A stretch of 64,000 nucleotides of DNA from Candidatus Nomurabacteria bacterium (GTDB taxonomy: Bacteria; Patescibacteriota; Minisyncoccia; Phycocordibacterales; UBA918): positions 581,124 to 645,123 of the forward strand of contig JACKGC010000001.1 of NCBI GenBank assembly GCA_020632135.1, read 5' to 3'. Of this stretch, positions 18,427-25,444 are shown in pieces (positions within the stretch are counted from its first letter, which is position 1; each line of letters opens with the position of its first letter). The translations under genes and the position numbers were made by a program. Under the pieces are notes generated by a model, which searched no databases, was not told where the DNA came from, and saw only the letters and a list, made by a program, of their open reading frames with translations.

Positions 18427-18579
18427 GCCAGCTTAGTTTAGTTGGGAGAATTAAAACAGTCTGGGGGACTGTTTTAAAGATTTGTAACCCGTAGGTCATT
18501 AGTTCGCATCACAAGAGTATTTCCGAAATTATGCACGAGCAAGCTCTCGCTAATTTCTAGGTCACTCTGATAGCTGGCT
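18427..18579 (+). pseudogene. tRNA-Thr-like tandem copy interrupted by two hairpin insertions
   Basis: Keeps acceptor halves, anticodon loop plus 3' anticodon stem, variable region and T stem. About 29 nt replace the D-stem 3'/anticodon-stem 5' strand, and about 56 nt are inserted after the T loop. Same 3' trailer as the first copy. Confidence 0.6.
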
Positions 18580-18605
18580 CGCAGCTTTTTACGTTGACGG
18601 AAGGT

Positions 18606-18648
18606 GTGAAAAAGAGCGGGAAAGCGAAGCTTTCCCGCTCTTTTTCAC
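18606..18648 (+). terminator. Strong hairpin terminator after the tRNA region
   Basis: GTGAAAAAGAGCGGGAAAGC-gaa-GCTTTCCCGCTCTTTTTCAC, a 20-bp perfect stem. Confidence 0.75.
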
Positions 18649-18723
18649 TACCAGCCCACCCAGTCTTTCGTTGCGTAAAAAACCTTTATTTTCTATACAA
18701 ATGGGTATATACTCGCCATACGC

Positions 18724-20286
18724 ATGGCGGGAGACGACCAGTCACATTTATTGCCATACGCTCGACGTTCAGATTTTAAGGTCGCGCGCGCAACCGAACT
18801 CTCAGGGAGAGATCGGGTCTTTTATCGTCTCCTGGAGATCGTACCTGGAGTCGCATCCTGGGGCTTTCTGATCGGTCTCTTGCTCGCTTCCATTTACGCT
18901 TCATTTTTTGCGGCGTACTTCATCATTGCGTTCTCTATTTTTTGGGTATTGAAGACCGTCTTCCTGTCGTATCACGTTCGACACAACTGGAAGCGTCTTA
19001 AGCACCATATGGAGCTCGATTGGCAACAGCTCATTGAACGTTTCCAGTATGATCAGTTCCACCACCTGGTCATCTTTCCGTTTTACGAAGAGCCGCGCGA
19101 AGTACTTGAAGGGGCACTTAAGGGTTTATTGGGGTCTAAGTACGACCACAAGAAGCTCATCGTGGTACTAGCGGCTGAGGCACGAGCCGGGGCTGAGCAA
19201 GTATCGTTGGCGCGTACACTCGAAACCGAGTATGCGAGTAAGTTTGGTCATTTTCTCGTGACCGTACACCCCGCTGACACAGTCGGAGAGATCGCGGGCA
19301 AAGGCTCCAATACCCACCATGCCCTCCATGAGGTAAAGAAGAAAGTGATCGATGTGCATCAGATCCCGCATAAAGACATCATCACGTCGATCTTCGATGT
19401 TGACACTGTCATCTACCCGGATTACTTCAACTGTCTCATGTGGCACTTCATGACCGCTGAGAATCCATACAAGAGCGCCTTCCAACCGGTGCCGCTCTTT
19501 GCCAATAATCTCTGGGAAGCCACTGCGCTTTCTCGTGTGATGGCAATGTCGAGCACCTTCTGGCAAATGATCATGCAGGAACGTCCAGAAAAGGCAGCCA
19601 CCTTCTCTTCACACTCGGTGAGCTTTCAGGCACTTTACGAGATCGGGTACGGGCAAGCCAATGTGGTCAGTGAGGACTCGCGCATTTTCTGGAACTTACT
19701 AGTGGCCAACAATGGTAATTTTGAAGTGGTCTCACTTTCGTACCCGATCGCGATGGATGCCACCACCGCACCAACCTTTTGGGGGACTATCAAAAACATC
19801 TACAAGCAGCATCGCCGCTGGACCTACGGAGTTGAGAACTGGTGCTACATCATTTACCACTTTGTAAAGAATAAAGCCATTCCGCTGAAGAAGCGCTGGG
19901 CCATCGGACTCATTCAAGGAGAAGGGTACTGGTCGCTGGCGACACACCCGCTCGTGCTCTTCATGCTTGGTTGGGCACCTATTTTCCTCGGGTCACGTGA
20001 ATTTCATGGCACGGTGCTCTCGTTTGAGTTGCCGTTCATGGTACGCAACTTACTCATTCTCGCTATGGGTGGTTTGGTTGTGTCATCCATTATCTCGCTT
20101 TCACTTACGCCACCGCGGCCAGATGGACACAGTCGTTTCCGGTACGTGGTGATGGCGTTGCAGTGGGTGATGGTGCCGATCACAATGGTGCTTTTTAGTG
20201 CCGTTCCTGGACTGGAAGCTCAGACTCGGCTAATGTTTGGTGCATATATGGGTTTTTGGGTAACACCCAAACGACTTAAGAAATGA
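18724..20286 (+). CDS. Integral-membrane processive family-2 glycosyltransferase (cellulose/chitin-synthase-like)
   Basis: TMs at both ends. Cytoplasmic GT-A core with FDVDT (DxD), VSEDSR (TED-like) and KQHRRW (QxxRW). Confidence 0.75.
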   Translation: MAGDDQSHLLPYARRSDFKVARATELSGRDRVFYRLLEIVPGVASWGFLIGLLLASIYASFFAAYFIIAFSIFWVLKTVFLSYHVRHNWKRLKHHMELDWQQLIERFQYDQFHHLVIFPFYEEPREVLEGALKGLLGSKYDHKKLIVVLAAEARAGAEQVSLARTLETEYASKFGHFLVTVHPADTVGEIAGKGSNTHHALHEVKKKVIDVHQIPHKDIITSIFDVDTVIYPDYFNCLMWHFMTAENPYKSAFQPVPLFANNLWEATALSRVMAMSSTFWQMIMQERPEKAATFSSHSVSFQALYEIGYGQANVVSEDSRIFWNLLVANNGNFEVVSLSYPIAMDATTAPTFWGTIKNIYKQHRRWTYGVENWCYIIYHFVKNKAIPLKKRWAIGLIQGEGYWSLATHPLVLFMLGWAPIFLGSREFHGTVLSFELPFMVRNLLILAMGGLVVSSIISLSLTPPRPDGHSRFRYVVMALQWVMVPITMVLFSAVPGLEAQTRLMFGAYMGFWVTPKRLKK

Positions 20287-21440
20287 TCATGGATGAACCG
20301 CAGATCAAAGGCCTGTCATACAAACGTCGCCAAAACCTCTTTCTCTTTTTGGTAGTTGTTTTTCTATTGGTGTTACCGGCGCTCATTTTTTATACCACTG
20401 GTTACCGACTCAGCTTCGAAAACGAGGAGACGAGTATCGTTTCAACTGGCGGTATATATGTGACCACTGACAATCTCGAAGTGGATGTGTTCCTTGATGA
20501 TGAGTATGTTGAGAAACCGCGACTCTTCCGTAGTGCGTATTACATTCAAAATATTGCAGAAGGCCAACACCGCATCGTTGTCCAACGGCCTGATCTTGAC
20601 ACGTGGGTCAAAGAACTACCGGTGGATCCGCACATTGTTATCGAAGCTGCAGCATTCAATATGCCGGTGGTGCCGCACGTCAGACCGATCACAGAATTTA
20701 TCACTGTTGCTGGTGCACCAGTGTACGTTGGTGTGGCGTCTGGTACTGATCTATTTCGTGGCGTGAGCACCACCATTCCGGTATATGCCACCTCAAGTCG
20801 CCGCACGACGATCTACGAGGAGAACGAAGAGTACGTGTATGTTACAAGTTTGTTCAGTAGCACGTCGTCTTCTACGCGCTCAGTGTTTGAACGACTTTTT
20901 GGTGAGGGAGAACGGTTCCGGTTTGCGACTACATCGCCGCTTGGACTTACCATCAGCACCTCCACGGAAGATTTTGCTGAACAGGGAGATATGCGCGTGA
21001 TCGAGCGTGACGGCGAGCTCTATGCGCGCTGGCTCGGGACACTCGAGAATATCCCGTTTTACTTCTGTGTTAGCGATGGTGCATCCTCTAGTATCGCAGT
21101 ACGTTATGGACAGCATGTCGCGGATCAGATCGAAGTCTTGAAGGTTTCAACTACGACCCCGATCTTTTATGACAGCAACCGAGTTTGTCGGCCTGAGATC
21201 AAGCTTAATCGCCTCCGACAGGACGTGTACTTCTATGATTTTTTCCCAAATAGTCGCGACTTGGTTATCATGCAACTAGAAGACGGGTTGTATGTCACTG
21301 AGATCGACGATCGAGCTTGGCAAAATGTGCAGCGACTGTACACAGGAGACAACTTCCGGGTAGTGGTGGAGAATAACGAGATCTACATTCAGGAGGGAGA
21401 ATACTACTATGAACTCATCACCGAAATTGAACCCAGTTAA
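20283..21440 (+). CDS. Membrane-anchored PEGA-like domain protein, translationally coupled to the GT2 synthase
   Basis: ATGA overlap with the upstream stop. N-terminal TM (LFLFLVVVFLLVLPALIFY). PEGA-like block VDVFLDDEYV...NIAEGQHRIVVQRP. Confidence 0.6.
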   Translation: MIMDEPQIKGLSYKRRQNLFLFLVVVFLLVLPALIFYTTGYRLSFENEETSIVSTGGIYVTTDNLEVDVFLDDEYVEKPRLFRSAYYIQNIAEGQHRIVVQRPDLDTWVKELPVDPHIVIEAAAFNMPVVPHVRPITEFITVAGAPVYVGVASGTDLFRGVSTTIPVYATSSRRTTIYEENEEYVYVTSLFSSTSSSTRSVFERLFGEGERFRFATTSPLGLTISTSTEDFAEQGDMRVIERDGELYARWLGTLENIPFYFCVSDGASSSIAVRYGQHVADQIEVLKVSTTTPIFYDSNRVCRPEIKLNRLRQDVYFYDFFPNSRDLVIMQLEDGLYVTEIDDRAWQNVQRLYTGDNFRVVVENNEIYIQEGEYYYELITEIEPS

Positions 21441-21462
21441 CCTTATGCTACACTAACATTCT

Positions 21463-22185
21463 ATGAAAACACTTGTTGGTCACCAACATCCGCTGACGCA
21501 AATGATCGCTGAGATCAACGGTATCTTTGCCGAGATCGGCTTTGTGTTTGCGGAGGGGCCGGAAGCGGAAACGGTGCATTACAACTTCGATCAGCTCAAC
21601 GTCCCAAAGGATCATCCGGCTCGCGACATGCAGGACACCTTCTTCTTTAAGGCTAAGGATGTTGCTGAGCCAATGGTCATGCGTACACAAACCTCAGATG
21701 TGCAGGTGCGGTACATGGAATCGCACGAGCCGCCGATCCGGATCATCGCGCCTGGCAAGGTGTTTCGTAATGAGTCTACCGACGCTACGCACGAGGCGCA
21801 GTTCTACCAGTTTGAGTGTCTCTGTGTCGATCAAGGTATTCATCTGGGGCACCTCAAAGGAACTATAGAATACTTTCTGAAACACTTTTTTGGCACTGAT
21901 CCCGAGATACGCTTTCGCCCCAATTACTTTCCGTTTGTGGAGCCCGGATTTGAGATCGATATGAAGGTTCAGGACAAGGATGGAAAGGGAGCGGGAAAGT
22001 GGATCGAGATCCTCGGTGCCGGCATGGTGCACCCAAATGTACTACGTAATTGCGGGATCGACCCGGATGTCTATTCCGGCTTTGCGTTTGGTGTAGGGGT
22101 CGACCGGCTTGGGTTTATGAAGTACGGCTTTACTGACATTCGTGATCTCTACAGTGGCGACTTGCGATTTGTTAACCAGTTTTAG
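21463..22185 (+). CDS. pheS: Phenylalanyl-tRNA synthetase alpha subunit, catalytic core only
   Basis: HPLTQ, FRNESTDATHEAQFYQFE (motif 2) and GFAFGVGVDRL (motif 3). Only 240 aa, so no N-terminal coiled-coil region. Confidence 0.9.
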   Translation: MKTLVGHQHPLTQMIAEINGIFAEIGFVFAEGPEAETVHYNFDQLNVPKDHPARDMQDTFFFKAKDVAEPMVMRTQTSDVQVRYMESHEPPIRIIAPGKVFRNESTDATHEAQFYQFECLCVDQGIHLGHLKGTIEYFLKHFFGTDPEIRFRPNYFPFVEPGFEIDMKVQDKDGKGAGKWIEILGAGMVHPNVLRNCGIDPDVYSGFAFGVGVDRLGFMKYGFTDIRDLYSGDLRFVNQF

Positions 22186-22188
22186 GAT

Positions 22189-24123
22189 ATGGAAATAGTA
22201 CACAGTTGGCTTCAAGACTACCTTGGTCCGCATACGCCACCAACACACGAGATCGATGATCTGTTGACGTTCCACGCCTACGAGGTGGAAGAGATCTTAG
22301 AGCGGGCAGGGGAGACAGTGTTCGATCTGGATGTGTTGCCAAATCGCTCGAGCGACAGCCTCTCTCATCGTGGAGTGGCGCGTGAGCTAGCAACGCTGCT
22401 TGATGTATCGCTCGTACATGATCCGCTCGCTGAGCAGCCAGAGCTGCCGGGAACCGATAAGATCAAGATCAGTATTGCCGACAGTGCAGCCTGTCCTCGT
22501 TTTTCACTTTCGCTCATTACTGGTGTTACGGTGAAGGGGTCGCCGGAGTGGTTGCAAAAGCGTCTGGAGGCGCTCGGTCAGCGGCCGATCAACAACATTG
22601 TTGATGCGACCAACTACGTGATGTTTGCGCTTGGACAGCCGATGCATGCGTATGATGCAGACAAGTTTCCACAAGTAGATGGGAAGTGGCAGTTTGGCGT
22701 GCGGTTTGCTTATGAGGGTGAGACGGTGAGTTTACTGGCTGAGAGCGGTAAAGAAGAAGAGCGAGAGGTGGAGCTCCGCGGTGACGAGCTCCTAGTTGTT
22801 GGCGGTGCGAATGACACGCCGGTTGGCTTGGCTGGTATTAAAGGCGGGCGGTTTGCGGAATTGACTGCCAAGACCACGAATATCATTGTGGAAGCTGCGC
22901 ATTTCAGTCCGGCCACTATCCGCAAAACCGCCCGCCGTCTTGGTATCCTTACCGATGCGAGCAAGCGCTTTGAAAATGAACCATCGCGTGAGTTGCCGCT
23001 CTATGCACAGGCAGAGATCATCAGACTCATTTCTGATATTGCTGGTGGCAAGTGTGAGGGGGTGGTGGATGAATACCCGGCGCCGTGGCAGCCGGTCATT
23101 ACCACAGTACGGCCTGAGAAAGTAAATGCCCTACTCGGGTTGTCGCTCAGCACGGAAGAAATAGTGCATCTCATCAAGCGAACTGGTGCCGCGGTGGAAG
23201 CTGTTGAGGGTGCCTTACGGGCAACGGCGCCGTGGGAGCGAACTGATCTCACTATCGAGACTGACTACATCGAGGAGGTCGGACGGATCCATGGCTTGTC
23301 AAAGATTGCGTCAGCACCGCCAGTGCCAGCATCACTGCGTGAAGTGAATACGCGACAGTATTATAGTGAAAAGATCCGTCAGGCGCTGGTCGGGGTTGGG
23401 TACTCTGAGGTCATTACTTCATCATTCCTCAAAAAGGCCACGATCCAGCTCCAGAACGCGCTCGCGAGTGATAAGAGCTATGTTCGCGACACTATCAAAA
23501 AGAACATCACAGCGGTGCTTGATGCTAATTTCGCTCACTGTGACTTGCTGGGCATGCCGGAGGTGCGCGTGTTCGAGATCGGAACGGTGTTTGATAAGAC
23601 TACAGATGGGGTGGGGGAGCATGTGGTGTTGACGCTTGGTGCACGCACTAAAGGCAATGGCTACAACCCAAAGGACGATAAGGTTTTGCAGGCAGGCATC
23701 GCGGCTGCTGAAACAGTACTGGGAGAAAAAGGAGAGTGGAATATTGAAAAGGGTGTCGCTGAGCTCAACCTCAGTGCTGTGCTAGAAACGTTGCCAGCAC
23801 CAACCGCGTATGAACCATACGAAAAGTCCGCGGTGGTCACTTTCAAGCCGATCGTGCCGTACCCAGCCATTGCGCGTGACATTGCGCTGTGGGTACAGGG
23901 CGGCGACCAGACTGATGAGATAGCCCACAAACTTACGACCGCCGCCGGCCCACTGTTGATCCGTACCGACCTCTTCGATACCTTCGAAAAAGACGGTCGA
24001 ACCAGTTACGCCTTTCGTCTCGTCTTCCAATCACCAGAAAAAACCCTCACCGATGAGGAAATCAACAAGGTGATGGACGGTGTGTACGCAGTGGCAAAAG
24101 AGCAGGGGTGGGAAGTACGATAG
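22189..24123 (+). CDS. pheT: Phenylalanyl-tRNA synthetase beta subunit (short, lacks OB/tRNA-binding insert)
   Basis: B3/4 block NNIVDATNYVMFALGQPMHAYD, B5 region, C-terminal FDX-ACB-like YPAIARDIALWV. 644 aa. Confidence 0.9.
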   Translation: MEIVHSWLQDYLGPHTPPTHEIDDLLTFHAYEVEEILERAGETVFDLDVLPNRSSDSLSHRGVARELATLLDVSLVHDPLAEQPELPGTDKIKISIADSAACPRFSLSLITGVTVKGSPEWLQKRLEALGQRPINNIVDATNYVMFALGQPMHAYDADKFPQVDGKWQFGVRFAYEGETVSLLAESGKEEEREVELRGDELLVVGGANDTPVGLAGIKGGRFAELTAKTTNIIVEAAHFSPATIRKTARRLGILTDASKRFENEPSRELPLYAQAEIIRLISDIAGGKCEGVVDEYPAPWQPVITTVRPEKVNALLGLSLSTEEIVHLIKRTGAAVEAVEGALRATAPWERTDLTIETDYIEEVGRIHGLSKIASAPPVPASLREVNTRQYYSEKIRQALVGVGYSEVITSSFLKKATIQLQNALASDKSYVRDTIKKNITAVLDANFAHCDLLGMPEVRVFEIGTVFDKTTDGVGEHVVLTLGARTKGNGYNPKDDKVLQAGIAAAETVLGEKGEWNIEKGVAELNLSAVLETLPAPTAYEPYEKSAVVTFKPIVPYPAIARDIALWVQGGDQTDEIAHKLTTAAGPLLIRTDLFDTFEKDGRTSYAFRLVFQSPEKTLTDEEINKVMDGVYAVAKEQGWEVR

Positions 24124-24175
24124 AGGTCTTTAGGTCAAGCTATGTAGTGTCACTGAGTAGACAGGAGTGGTATGT

Positions 24176-24192
24176 GTATGATAATATCATAC
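24176..24192. promoter_or_regulatory. 17-bp palindrome abutting a TATAAT box (candidate antitoxin operator)
   Basis: GTATGATA-A-TATCATAC is followed directly by TATAAT (24193..24198), 11 nt before the ATG at 24210. Confidence 0.5.
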
Positions 24193-24209
24193 TATAATTT
24201 AATACATCT

Positions 24210-24422
24210 ATGTCTACACTTTCAGTACCATTGAGTCCGGAACTCGAAAAGTTTGTCACCCAATTAGCAAGCCAGCGAGGTTCAAACAAGGCTGAGGTAG
24301 TTCGGCATGCCATCACACTCTTAGCAGAAGAAGAGGCTGTTATGGCAGTATTGCGAGCAGAACAGGAAGTGGCGGAAGGGAAGGTTATACGCGGCAATAT
24401 CACTGATGTGCTGCGTCGCTAG
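24210..24422 (+). CDS. Ribbon-helix-helix (CopG/ParD-like) antitoxin
   Basis: 70 aa. N-terminal beta strand plus two helices (LSVPLSPELEKFVTQLASQRGSNKAEVVRHAITLL), directly upstream of a RelE-like ORF. Confidence 0.7.
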   Translation: MSTLSVPLSPELEKFVTQLASQRGSNKAEVVRHAITLLAEEEAVMAVLRAEQEVAEGKVIRGNITDVLRR

Positions 24423-24426
24423 GTTT

Positions 24427-24687
24427 ATGGAAATAGCGTTTGCACCGCAGTTTTTAAAACAGTATCACAAGCTAGAACCAGCACTGCGCGAAGAGGTGGC
24501 AGAGAAGGTTGAACTGTTCGCTGATGCAAACAATCATCAGCAACTCAAAGTTCACAAGCTCAAAGGTCGACTGAAAAACCGGTACAGTTTTTCTGTTAAC
24601 TACCAAACCAGGATTGTATTTGTGTACGAATCAAAACAATCAGCCATATTGTTGGCGGTTGGTGATCATTCTGTGTACGATCGGTAA
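24427..24687 (+). CDS. RelE/ParE-family toxin
   Basis: 86 aa from the ATG at 24427. FLKQYHKL...KVHKLKGRLKNRYSFSVNYQTRIVF is typical of RelE/YafQ-like toxins. Paired with the RHH antitoxin. Confidence 0.7.
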   Translation: MEIAFAPQFLKQYHKLEPALREEVAEKVELFADANNHQQLKVHKLKGRLKNRYSFSVNYQTRIVFVYESKQSAILLAVGDHSVYDR

Positions 24688-24832
24688 GCTACACTAAAGG
24701 CGTTTCCATTTTACACTCAAACCCGTTCATATTGTTGGGTTTCGTAAACCCAACATTGAGCAGGGCTGGGGCTGGAAAGTGAGATAAAGAAAGCCCCGCA
24801 CATGCAGGGCTTTGGTCAGTGGTGGTCTCAGG

Positions 24833-25276
24833 TCAGATGGACCGTGGACTGATGAAACGAGATTTGAGCAGTGCCACATACTGGCCGTAGATTTGGTTGC
24901 TTGACCGGTATCGTTTGATCGCCAGCGTACGCTTGCGACCCGCCATCGAAATGATTGCAAGGAATCCAGTCGGGCCAACGAGGATGATTGCGATGTACAA
25001 CCAGTCCGATGCCGCCGGCAAAATTTGCGCCATAACGACAATAAACCCTAACAGCCAGACTACCTGAAGTGTCTTGTAGTGACTCCAGATGCCCATTTCA
25101 TTACGAACAAACTCCTCTTCAGCACGCTGCTCTGCTTCAAGTTGTGTCTTGCAAACATTTGCTCTGATGAATGACATTTCATGAGGTTGGTTACAGTGAG
25201 GGCAACGAGCCCGTGTTTTGTCGATGGGATGCTCCAGCTTTGTGGCCGGATCAAGATGGTAGGTTACCTTAGGCAT
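24833..25276 (-). CDS. Hypothetical membrane protein with N-terminal zinc-ribbon-like CxxC
   Basis: RCPHCNQPHE, then two hydrophobic helices (VVWLLGFIVVMAQIL, LYIAIILVGPTGFLAIISMA). A terminator-like hairpin lies downstream at about 24792..24815. Confidence 0.5.
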   Translation of the reverse strand: MPKVTYHLDPATKLEHPIDKTRARCPHCNQPHEMSFIRANVCKTQLEAEQRAEEEFVRNEMGIWSHYKTLQVVWLLGFIVVMAQILPAASDWLYIAIILVGPTGFLAIISMAGRKRTLAIKRYRSSNQIYGQYVALLKSRFISPRSI

Positions 25277-25366
25277 AAGGGAGCTCCTTGCGGATTAGCC
25301 GCACTTGTGTTAAGTCCTGAAATGCAATATCACATTTTTCGCATTAAGTCAACCAAATTACACCCT

Positions 25367-25404
25367 AAAACGGCCCAATTTCCACAGGAAATTGGGCCGT
25401 TTTT
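25367..25404 (+). promoter_or_regulatory. Terminator-like hairpin immediately upstream of the gyrB extended -10 box
   Basis: AAAACGGCCCAATTTCC-aca-GGAAATTGGGCCGTTTTT, then CTGGTATAAT (TATAAT at 25409..25414). There is no plus-strand gene upstream. Confidence 0.5.
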
Positions 25405-25444
25405 CTGGTATAATTGGCCCTAATTTATTGATTATTTATTCTGT

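Noticed and set aside
24176-24192. The half-sites TATGATA/TATCATA of the RHH operator are the same heptamers as in the TrpR-linked palindrome TATCATATATGATA (14667..14680 and 15114..15127), which hinted at a shared regulator.
   Set aside because: The halves are in opposite relative orientation and differently spaced. The heptamers are AT-rich and overlap -10-like sequence, so coincidence is the simpler explanation.
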